A stretch of DNA of 64,000 bases, taken from contig OX442314.1 of assembly GCA_949358305.1 (NCBI GenBank), positions 20,522,001 to 20,586,000 on the forward strand, in the 5' to 3' direction. Source of the stretch: Strigamia acuminata (lineage: Eukaryota). Both the position numbers and the translations under genes were made by a program. This document shows, piece after piece, positions 11,301 to 23,700 of this stretch. The notes below the pieces were generated by a model that worked only from the letters and a program-made list of their open reading frames with translations, was not told the origin of the DNA and did no database searches. Numbering within the stretch: the stretch's first letter is position 1; every line of letters starts with the position of its first letter.

Positions 11301-14300
11301 AATACTCAGAGTATCACCTTCTCGCCGCATAAAAAGCCGTTCGAAGAAAAGTTGAATATGTGGGAATCTAAATTGAAGTTAATTCAAGTAAGTGTTTTCC
11401 GATTTCAGCGAATTTGCATAGTAAATAATGATTAGGATATAAGATAATGTTATGCTTTGTCTTGTTGGCAAATTGCCATGCAGCATTATTGGAGGGTGTT
11501 GTGTGCGTGTGTGGCCTTAATTATGCTTATCACATGTAGTATCCAAATGGGGAGCACGTGACTTTCCACTTGAAAATTAAGTTCGGTCAAGTCATAACGG
11601 CAAAAAGTCACGGAAATTCCAAATTATTTGAGTGATGGATCACCATAGGGCTACTGCATAAGTTTCTCAAGTTTATTCCCAGAATTTGGAATGGAGACAA
11701 TGATAAATATTTTTTAATTATCCGATTGTCTTATTGTGGCCAGTGTTGCATGCATTGCTGCACCTTGGTCCTTTGTTGTAGATATTTAATTGTAGATATT
11801 TAGCCAAAAAAGGAACTAGCTACTACCCGTTGTCGTTACTTCTTGGTGAACTATATGTAGTTATCGTTACCCAGTGCAACACTGGTTGTGGCACTGCGAT
11901 GCTTTTTTTCCGCGATTACCCTTGACAAATATAGAAAAAAGAGGCTGAAACGAATTTTCTACTAAAAGGTTTGTGCAATGGTAAAAAAACTATTGCACAA
12001 ACCTTTTAGTGGGAAATTTGTTGGGTTAGAATTCTAACAGCGAGACAATGTATTTGAAACTACATTTGATTGAAATATATTTTTCTAGCTAGGAAATAAC
12101 AGACAGAAACTATGTTAGCAAAATATATCAGTTTGAATGTTGCTCGTTGTGGCTTAATAAACTAATTAATCTTGTGAGCCTCAAAAGGGGATTTTGAAAG
12201 GAAATGCAAGTAATAGGTTAGAATGTTCGATCCAGAACGATCAGTTTTATTGCAAGTTGCAATAAAATATACAAAGGATAATGATGTGGAGCCAGGGTAA
12301 TTCTTCCATCACACCAGGAATGATTAAAGGTCAAGTGCACTGACGAGGGGAACACATGTATAAGATACTCACAGATTGTTGTAATAATAAACATGGAGAA
12401 TTGTTATATCGTGCTGAATGAGACCCTAAAATAATTTCATTCCATAAACAGCCAACAATGCAAACAATGAGCTCAAAGTTTGCACTATTTTGTCTGTGTA
12501 TGCATCCAATCTGAGCAATCAGGCCTAGTGTATGAATACTGTAAACAACAGTTGCTAGGTAAAAAATAGTTCCAAGATCCAAATTCAATTTTATCATTTG
12601 AGATTCAATGATGTCATTTCCTCATTTGATATCACATGACATATGACATCAGAACTTTGTTCACCAACATGACTGTCTTCATGAACACAATAATAGTTTG
12701 TAGTGGTGGTTCAGTGGTTAAGGCAATGGACTACCGTCTTCCCTCGAATATAACGTCATGACGTTGTGTTCGAATACAACGACATCTGACGTTTTATTCG
12801 AACACTACGTCATGACGTTATATTCGTACTTTTTCATGCAACTTTTGAAAAATCAGAAAAATCAGAAATTGAGCATGTAAATTGGACAATTCGTGCCAAA
12901 TTTGTTTTACAATACGTGTCAAATTCGTGTACAATTTGTTTTACAATTCGTGTCCAATTCGTTTTACAATTCGTGTCCAATTCGTTTTACAATTCGTGTC
13001 CAATTCGTTTTACAATTCGTGTCCAATTCGTGTATAATTCGCAGGGCCGTGCCGACCTACGAGGCGAAGAGGCGGCCGCCAGGTGGCCATGCCTTGGTAA
13101 ATTTACATACCACGGCATGGCCACCTGGCGGCCGCCTCATAGGTCGACACGGCCTTGTTAATTTGTGTTTAATTCGTATCCAATTCGTGTCCAATTCTTG
13201 TCAAAATTCGTGTCGAATTCGTTTTTTCGGCATTGCGCCCGTTAAAAGCGCACCTGCAATGCTTCCCGGCATCGCACCCGTCAATGCACTCGAATATAAC
13301 GTCATGACGTTGTATTCTAATACAACGTCATGACGTTATATTGGAAGTGACGTTATATTCGAAAAATCGCTAAAACTTTCGAAAACAGTGATTTTCGAAA
13401 AAACTTGAATATAACGTCATGACGTTATGTTCGAGGGAAGACGGTAGGAATCTTTCCACACAAATTCAAATCCTGCTGTCTGTGAAAATTTTTTACTTTT
13501 ATTTTTTAATTTTTTTTAGCAGTAATTTTAATGTTTGTAATTTTATGTTTGTTAAAAAATTAAAATTAATTAATTAAAGTTTTCATTAAAGAAATGTAAC
13601 AAATGGAAAAGCTGTTCTTATTTGAAGAAATACGGTATATCAAAGGGAATTTGGTTACCAAATTCACTGTACAAATACTGTAGAAAAAATAGCACTCCTT
13701 TTGTCTCAAATTATGGTATACATTTCTCTAAATAATTCTCGATTATCATTGACTTCGTACCTATATTTCGAAGACATTTTAACTGAACATCTTTCAAAAT
13801 TAAGTGCACTTGCTGATCAATTGATGGCATTATGGATAATTAGGTCAATCCTTCCGTTAGTTGAATCTTCTCAAATGCACTCAAAATTAAGTGACACCTA
13901 CCGTGTGCTTAAAATAAAGTGAAAATGAATTTGGAAAATGACAAAATTGAAGCAATTAACTGATAATCAGCAAAATTATATACTACTGCTCTTGCTGAAA
14001 CAAAGCAATGTTAGGAATAAGTTGAGTCGTGGCACTGTTAATGAAATTGCAAGCAAAGTTGAAGTTAATCGTTTACGAATTTGGCGAGAAGTTAATAAAC
14101 ACTACAATGAAGGATATAATCGTGCAATGTGTCTTCAAATAAAAATACCGTATTTTACCGAGTAAGAGCTGTGGCTCTTATTTAAAACTGCTACTTTCAT
14201 TTACGCTTATTAATGAAGGGCGGCTCTTATTTTAAATAGTGGCCGATATCCAATGTTACGTTCATTGAACGTATATAGTCGCGGCTATTACTCGAGGGCG

Positions 14301-17300
14301 TCTCTTATATCAAATCGTCTCTCTCGGTCGCGGTTCCTATTTTAGGGCTACTCTTAATCGGTAAAATACGGTAAATGTGGTATGGACGATGGAGCCTGTG
14401 ATGATAGCAAAGTCAAATTACAAAATATTTAGTGCTATAATCAATAAAAGTTACTGTTATTATTCTTATTGTTTACTCTGTATTGTTTACTCTGTATTAT
14501 TTATTGTTTATTTATAATTTAAGTTAATTATGTTAATTTTGTATTTTTATATTGATAAATATCACACAAAGCTGCAAATGTATACCATAATTTGGGACAA
14601 ATAATATCAGGTCCCATAATTTGGGACAGAGGGAATAATAAATACTGTGTATTGCAGGAAGTTCTTGAAGAATGGATAAAAGCGCAAAGGTCCTGGCTAT
14701 ACTTAGAACCTATTTTCAGTTCGGAGGATATTATTCGTCAACTGCCATTAGAGTCAAAAAAATATCAGCAGATGGAGCGACATTGGAGAAGAATTTTATC
14801 TGCAGCTAATAAAGATTCTAATGTATTTTGCAAGGATTTATTGCTCTAACTGCTTTTATCTTACTTACTTTCTGTTCTTAAGATAATGAATATTTGTCCC
14901 GATCCTATGTTATTGAACAACTTTCGAGAATGTAACACTTTATTAGAGCAAATTCAGAAAGGTTTAAGTGAATATCTCGAGACAAAACGATCCGGGTTTC
15001 CTCGTTTTTATTTTTTGAGCGATGATGAACTTTTGGAAATATTATCTCAAACTAGAGATCCAAGAGCTATTCAACCGTACCTCCGAAAGTGTTTTGAAAG
15101 CTTTTTTAAAGTAAAAAGAAAAAAAATTAATCAAAAAATTAATTAACTTTAAAAACTTGCACCACCAGATTGAGTTTGCGCCTGATCTCAAAATGGTGCA
15201 CATAATGTCATTCGAAGGAGAAATTGTTCCATTTACTAAAGATCTGTACCCTGTAGGCGAGGTGGAAGAGTGGTTGACGAGAATTGAAGACGCTACATAC
15301 GAAACTATACGTGATGTAATTGATGCTGCAATTAAGAATTACGTCGTTGTAAGAGCAATATCTTTTTTTTTAATTAAAAGTGAACTGTTTGATGCTATTT
15401 TTCTTTTGTGGTTTTAGAAACCCCGTAAAAAGTTTGTTCTTTCATGGCCTGGACAAGTGGTTATTGCAACCTGTCAAAATTATTGGACAACTGAAGTTGA
15501 AGATGCTTTAACTGAATGTGTTTTGGACGATTATTTTCAACATATGCTTTTACAGGTTTGCTCTTGAAATTATCATATTTTAAATTAAAGTAAGGGGACA
15601 TATTTTGCAATATGCAGTAACACTAGCAATTAAAAAATTAGTGGTTTTGTTTTAAAAAAATAGTCTTTGAAAGTAGCGCACTAAATTGCAGTGCTGTAAT
15701 TAAAGGGAAATTACCTGAAGAAACAGTCGGGGATAGAAGACATTTAATGTTTTATTCATGGCTTCTTGTTACATTTTGTAGATTTAAACTTCGCTTAGTG
15801 TGATTTAATTTGTTATTTATTATTTACTAGTTATTTATTAATTTATTTATTGCAATTTCAAGTTGAGAAAACTTTGGATATTCATGTAAACCAAAGTTGT
15901 AATGCTTTCACTTTAATTTATTTTTCTTGAGGAGTTGGGTTGGGGTTAATGCTCCAGCACAAAAGAATGTTTTTCTAATTTTTAGGAAGAAACATTTCAT
16001 AACAATTCGCTACGATGCTTTAACTCTGGCAGCACCAACCTATAAAAGTTCCGACCCGCCCAGCCCGGGTCATTTTGAACAAAAGGAAAAAAAAAATATC
16101 AGAATTTATGTTGGAATTTAACAATTTTTTTATTTGTGGTCTAGAGTATGTGAAAAATAATGAAAATAGAATTCGAAAGCAATAGATAAACAAAGGAATC
16201 GGAGCAGAAAAATAATTTTTTTAAAGAATTTATATATTTATGATTTATTATAAAGTTCTGAAAAAAAACCATCAGTGCGATGAATTTTGGTGTCAAAATT
16301 GACCCTAGGTTGGGGCGGGAAGTGTGTGGAAAACTAATTTAATTCATTCAATTCTAAATTACGTGATTGAATTTGTTTGTTATCGTATTCTAATTACTTG
16401 GTAATTAAAGCACTTAAATTTAGTCAAGTTAAATTCATGGACGTCTGACTTCAGCTTTAAAAATCAATCAATGAAAAGTTCGTGAGTTATTGTTTTCAAA
16501 TGAGGCTGGGGATAAAAGTTTGAATTTACACGTTTTTCTCACATTACCCAATGGGCGCTTACACTCACTGGCACTGTGAATGGGAATAAGTGAAAATTTA
16601 TTTTTATTGTTTGCTTGGTTCTTTCTACTTGGCGTTGTGCCAAGACTAAAATTTTTGTCATTTGCTTGGCAATCTTACAACTGGTACCTCTATGAGTCAG
16701 AATTTAAACCTGTAAAGCAGAACTACACACACAATTATTTATTATTTTTGAACACGAAACATCAACAGGCTTATTATAAGAATTAGTTATGATTATGATA
16801 CTAATAAATTCTGCGTTAAATTAAATTAATTAATACGCCTACTTACTAGTTTGGTATTAATGACAATAGCAGCTGCCAAAGGTACTTACAGGACAAATAT
16901 TGGAATGGACTATGTCGCTAATCGTTTCGTTTAGGGTAATAACGATTTTGCATTTGAGTTGTGTTGTGTTAATATTTTTTTGGATTCACCTAAAATTAGA
17001 CTTTGTCTCGGCAATATTGACAGTAATAATGTTCAGGTTCTCATATTGAAATTTATAATTTACATGTACCATTAAAAAAGTTTAGGATGCAAAAGAAATT
17101 GCTCCATCCTAATATGAAAAAGCTAACAGCTTAGTGTCATTAGTTTAATGAGGGAAGAGATCGATATCAATAGGTCATCTAACGCTTGTTTATAATTTAT
17201 TTTGAAACTTGAAGTTAAAATGAAAGTACATTTTGTAAGGTTCTATTTGCCTTACGAATATTTCAAAATAAGTTGTCAGGTTTTCAATGAAAGAGATGAA

Positions 17301-17795
17301 TTGACAGGTTTCCATTTTCATTTCATTTTTAAACCTACCAGTAGAAGAAGCCGGTAAAAAAAGACAGGTTACGTTATTGGTGATATAATTAAAAATAAAT
17401 ACATGCCCAGTTCTGTCTGTTGTCTGGATTTTAATGTTCACCAAAACGATTATTTTTTGGTTTTGAAAAATAAAGAACTAACTGTAGAAAGTGAAATTAC
17501 CGGTACTCACTTGTCAGTAGTACAGAGTACTCCGTACTTTTTTCCCTCCATTTACGGCGTGGACGTCGTCAGACGTGAGAGAAAAATATTTGTGATTACC
17601 GGTACTTAATATAAACTGATATTTTTTCTAGTTGGATGACTTAAGAGATATAGTTCGGGGAGACCTAAAGAATATTGAAAGGTCAACATTGTCGGCTCTT
17701 ATTGTAACTGAAGTACATGCAAAAGATGTCATTCAAGGAATGGTTGAAGATGAAGTTGGAAGTGCCAAGGATTTCGAATGGATTAAACAACTGCG
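5313..17795 (+). CDS. DNAH1: Dynein heavy chain exons 1-19: N-terminal tail and linker (DHC_N2) region
   Basis: Motifs [84 protein letters not shown]. Confidence 0.9.
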
Positions 17796-20700
17796 GTATG
17801 TTTGTAGTCAATAATAGTCGATTAAGAGCCGCGGTTGAGGGACCAAAAATACTGGTTTCTTTCCGTTCTTAACGTATCGAACGTTGAACAAGCACTTTGT
17901 TCGTTGCATTTGCACTGCGTTCGTTACATTAAACCAATGTAACGTAAACGAAAGTTATAGTTGCCGTGGCTCTTATTTCGAAGAAATACGAGCTATATTT
18001 TATTTCAGTTTATCAAAATTAATAGAAGAAAATTTTGTGTACCTCTTAAGCAATATAATTGACTTGGTAATAAAGGGAAGAATTAGAATCTCAGATTTCC
18101 GGAGATTAAAAAAGGCTGAATGCGAATTCTTGTTAGGTGATTCAATAGTCTGACTTAATTTACGAGAGAAACGAGAGAAACCAACGTTTGCACATGAATT
18201 TCAAATTGTGTAGTTCTTTGATAGAGAAGTTTAGGAAATCTTTCATGAAAACTGAAGAAGTCTTCCGGGTGGCCCAAATAAAACCAGTCTGACAATAGTA
18301 ACCCTCCTTGTATTAGTAGGCGTTTTATGTGGGCTATCTGGTTCAAATAAAATGGCTTGTGAGGGAATTTCCGAACAGGTATTTTGTTTTACCAAAATAG
18401 ATTACGAGAAAGTATGCTTATTTCTCTCTTTCGTTGCCATACGCCGTAAAAATTGTAAGACGGACTTTTTAATCCAAAAATCCATCATGTCTAAAAGTGG
18501 GGGGGGGGGGGGTGCGTCATGAAATCGAATTTTTACGGTAATTAATATTTATCTCTTGTCTGATTGTGCAATAAAAGTTATTTTAATCTTGCTTTAGCTA
18601 ATAAAAACTAAAAAAAACAAATGTGTTCAATCTAATTTTTTGTCATTAGATATTACTGGATTGACATGCATTTATATGTCCAAGCTGTCAACGCAGAATT
18701 CAGATACGGGTACGAATATTTGGGCAATACGCCTAGATTGGTGATTACTCCATTAACGGATAGATGTTACTTAACCCTCACCGGTGCACTTCATCTCAAA
18801 TTTGGAGGAGCACCTGCTGGTCCAGCAGGGACAGGCAAAACAGAGACAACTAAAGTTAGTATATTCAGTACAGTGTGTTTAATGCGAATTTCAATTACGG
18901 TTAAACAAGTTGAGGGAATAAGACTTGATTCTGCGCAAAGTCACTAATCTACGACTCATTTTCATAAGTTTAGAAACTTATTTAAAAATAGCTAACATCC
19001 AACTTTAGAGCTGCAAAACCAAGAATTGAAGGCAGTTATTAACCCGATTTTTCTACACTGTTGTAAAATGGTTCAAAATGAACTAATTAAGCTAAAAAGT
19101 AATCTGTGAGCAGCTTTATTTTTTTTTTTGCGACTAGGTTTAAAATTAACACTCGTTTCATAAGTTTAGAAAACGGTATTAATATATTTTGAATTCATTT
19201 CAGTAATTGCATTCTTAATTATTTTTAATTCATAGGATTTGTCAAAAGCCATGGCGATTGCGTGTATTGTGTTCAACTGTTCGGATCAGTTGGATTATAT
19301 AGCTATGGCTAAATTCTTCAAAGGGTTAGCCAGTTCAGGATCGTGGGCCTGTTTTGATGAATTTAATAGGATTGACGTGGAAGTTTTGTCTGTAGTTGCT
19401 CAGCAACTGCAGACTATTCAGCGGGCTGTAATAGCAAGGGTAATATGCTGAATTTGAAAATAGAAATTGATTTTGTTTGATAAGAGTTATGCCAGATATT
19501 GTTACATTAAACTAATTACTCCGTATAAATTTACTAATTATGAGTTACTAATTGGAACTAGATGTATGAACGGGATATTAAATTTTTATTATTCAATTAA
19601 ATGCAGGTAAAAAGATTTGTTTTTGAAGGATGTGACATTTCATTACGGGACACATGTGCATCCTTTATCACAATGAATCCTGGGTACGCTGGTCGATCGG
19701 AACTGCCGGATAATTTAAAGGCGAGTGTCTGAGTGTCTACTGTTCGCGATAACTTGATGCCAAAGTCATACAGTGCATTCTCACTGCACAGTTGATTACC
19801 CAATTCTAGACGTTGTTTAGCAGTGTTAAGCTTAATATTAGGCCTAATAACGCAGAAATAAAGCTAGTAAACAACAATAAACTCATTAACAAAAGTAATT
19901 TACAACATAGTAACAAAATATTGTTACTATGTTCTATTTCTTTTGTGCGCAACATTTGCTGTATCTGGAAAATAACAAAAGTTGATTCATTCGGGCAAGC
20001 ATGTAAACGTGGAGTGATGATCATTGCGCAGTTTGAATTGGCATCAAGATATCCGGCGCAAACTGTAGAAGTTATTTGTTTGTGTATTCTAGTCTGATTT
20101 TGTCGACTGAAAATATAGTATTACCATTACCAGCAGACTGGAAATATGTTTTCGACAAAATTAATTTAATCTACGATTCCATTACATTCCCAGCTGAAAA
20201 AGTAATTGCTTAGTCCGAAACCAGCCTGGGACCATAAGTGGAAATATGATTACAGTGCGGGCGGATTGTATATAATTTCATACCTGAACAAGGATTAACT
20301 TTAATTATTATTTATGTACTACGAAAATTAGGTTTGGGTTTAATTTTGCTTGACAGACTGGGAGTGTTTCAGCTACATTATGGTGCTCTGAGTTTGTAAT
20401 TTAATTTTTATTAGACCACACTTTGTTTTGAACTACTTGGAACCTTGTTATGCACTACCGGGAACATTAGAGGTCTAGGTCTGATAGCAACGTCTTTACG
20501 ACTGTACTGCTTTCTAATCATGGATTTTGCATTTCAATATTTTCCCTTCAATATATTTGCTAGAGTCGGCGCCGATTTATTTTTAGATATTTTAACCGAG
20601 CACAATAGACGGTTTTTGAGCTGAATGGTACGAGGCTCTATACAAACTGTAGATTAAATCCTGCCAGCGAGATTTGACTTTGTGAGTTGGAACGTGAAAT

Positions 20701-23700
20701 TAAAGGGTGATACTGGGTTTACATGAAATGGTAGTTATGGAAGATAAGAATACTTCCTGGATGAAATGCTGTTTTTGAAAAGGAACCAACAACATGAATG
20801 GGAAAAATGGATTTAACGTTTGCTGAAAATATAAAATTAACAATACGCACAATACACGTATACAGATGGGAGAGCAGATGTAATCAGCTGACACGCTTTT
20901 CACTTCCAATACTATTTCTAAATCTAATTAAGAAAAGGATATGGAGGTGGTTAGCTCGTCACCCTGGCGTTGGAAGTCCCAAGACATTGGGCACGCGTGT
21001 GAATTTTGATATAGAATGACACGCCCCAATAGTTGCATTGCGTGAATCAATTTTGGTTTTAAATTTAACATTGAAGCTGAAGATGACTTTAAATAGGGAT
21101 AATTGTACTTGAAAAATCTGGATTAACGAATAAAGAGTGAGTTGGCGTAGTAGAGAAAGGATTCTGATGTTTTCCTAGGGGGTTTCGTGTAGAAATGAAT
21201 GTATGTGGAAGTACAATGTGCAATTCACAATGTGTTTCTTGAAAAAAATAACATGAATATTGATTTTGATGCTTTCTTAGGGGATGTCTGCATTTTTCAA
21301 TTGTGCAGTTACACAAAGTTCTACACAATGCCGGTGGGAAAAATATCATAAATGTTGATTTATTCAGGCAAGCATGATTGTGCGGTGATCATTGTGGTTG
21401 TTGTGGTTATACCTTGGACGAACACTAGTATTCGTCCAAGGTTATATATATAAATTCACCGAAAGCCCTGAATTTTCTATTTTCAAATCTGTTTGTGATT
21501 CTTGTGTAAGTCGAATTTTGAATAATGTTGTAACTAAAGTGTGGTATCTGATCCCAAAATCCAATTAAAAAATCTTTGTCTGCGTACACAAACACAACAA
21601 ATACATGATTTTTAAAAACAGTACCAGAGTACCATCAACTTGAGTACCATCAACAATTTTAGACTTTACGTTTTCGTGTTAAAAAATTGAGTTTAGAGTT
21701 TGGCATCAAGATACCGGTCGCACACTGTGTATTAGTTTCCGTAGCAGCCGGATTAATACCCTATGAGGTGCTCGGACGGCTTAGGCAATAGGCATCTACC
21801 TTATTTGCCTTATGGATAATACAGCACTAATTTTCACAGCCGATATAGACAGATTGCTATGGTTTGTTCATGTCCCACGCATCAGTGCTGTTTCCATGTA
21901 CGGTTGAATGCGTAATAATAGTAATAGTGATTCTTGTTTTTATGGCTACATGTACACGTGTTTTTGTAAATTAATGCTGTAGAAATCAGTTGTGTAATAA
22001 TCTCCCAAAAATAGTTCCAGGACGCTCAGTTTCTTGTATATTATACATTATATATATATTATACATTACATATAAAAATATAATATTTTCTTTTTAAAAT
22101 AACGTGTCTTATCCAATTACTGATAGGAATACTGATCATTATTATTGACTTTGATTGTACTTTTAAACAATTTAACAGGCGCTGTTTCGTCCTGTGGCTA
22201 TGATGGTGCCTGACTATGGACTAATAGCTGAAATCAGTTTGTTCTCATTTGGATTTGCGGATACCAGGTTTCTTGCTAGGAAAATTTCATCAACATTTAG
22301 GTTAGCGTCGGAACAAGTGAGCTCGCAGGTGAATTGAGTGTGCAGTCATGAAAATGCGCTGCTTTTGTCGTGTGAATAACTGGACGTATGAATTTATTGG
22401 AATTTATGCTTTAGGACCATTATGATTTTGGCATGCGAGCTGTAAAATCTGTTATTTATGCTGCTGGTAATTTGAAGCGTGAACATCCAACTATGAATGA
22501 AGAACTTATCTTGCTTAGAGCAATTCGCGATATTAATGTGCCCAAGTTTTTACAAGACGACTTGAAGTTATTCACTGGGATAGTTTCCGATTTGTTTCCG
22601 ACCACACCGTATATTTTTTAAAGCATTTGTTTAAACATTTTTTTTATATTGCTTTTGATTTCAGAGACGAACCAATTGACTATGGGGATTTGGAGAAAAG
22701 CATAAGGAGCTCATGCACAAAATTGGCACTTAAAGATGTTGAAGGTAAAGATTAAGTTTGTTGGAAACACGTTTTTCATTAGCTTAATGCATTAATTACT
22801 AATTTTCCATTAAGAGTTTCTAAAAAAGGGAATAAATTGAAAAAACAAAATGTGCACATCCAACATAACAAAAATAAAAATTCAGTTTATTCTAAATATT
22901 AAATTGATATTTATTTACAACCCATGGCCAAAAGTATTAGACCACACCAGCAAATGAACATAACTAAATAAATAAACATAAAACGTACTGTATGACATGC
23001 TGTCATACAGTGCGTGCATCAATATTAATTCCAGCCTTCTTCAACTCACTTTCCATTTCAGTTGGCAAGGCCAATCTCATTTATTTACAGATTTTTCTAA
23101 GGTAACCATCTTGACTTTTGAAGTAGATGTTTGGTGACCATACTGTTTCACATTTTTAACTGTTCTTGTGCATTCAAATTTCTTTATTACGTATTGAACG
23201 AGTGTTTTATTTATTTTAAGTTGCTTTCAAATGGTTTGCTGGGATATTTTGTCCTTGTGCAGCAAGATAAATTTGGTTTTCCAGGTTATCTGAAAGTTTG
23301 TTAGTTTTGGCCATGATGGTAGTGAAATGAAGTTATCAAACGATGGTCAGTTATGAGAATTGGTGACGTCATTCAGATAAGCAATAAAATCTGCATAAAA
23401 TCTGCATAATTACGTCTTATTCTGGTCTAATAATTTTCACCAGTGAGATTTTTTCGGGGTTAAATGTGCTATTTTTGTAAGTTAATTTAGTTGGTTTTGT
23501 CGATAAAATGACACAAGATATTTATTAATCGATTATACAATAATAATACTGAATAAATGATATGTAATGGGAAAGGCGGTTGCACGCGAAAAAGCACGCT
23601 TAAAACGTGCTTAACAACAGGAGTTGTTATGAAGATGAAATCTTCTCCAGCACTCACGTACAGACACAAAACTAGTTTTAGAGGCGTTTTTGAGTTTTTG

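Larger units (their letters stand above)
12700..13484 (+). pseudogene. tRNA-Ser(AGA)-like pseudogene or SINE head split by a MITE
   Basis: 5' half GTAGTGGTGGTTCAGTGGTTAAGGCAATGGACTA (12700-12733) and 3' half GGAATC...TTCAAATCCTGCTGTCTGTG (13447-13484) resemble eukaryotic tRNA-Ser(AGA). Confidence 0.65.

Noticed and set aside
12893..13333. 146-aa ORF
   Set aside because: Lies entirely in MITE tandem repeats and a nested palindrome.
22609..22664. U12-type intron (donor GTATAT)
   Set aside because: Lacks the RTATCCTT donor and TCCTTAAC branch consensus; likely a weak U2 intron.
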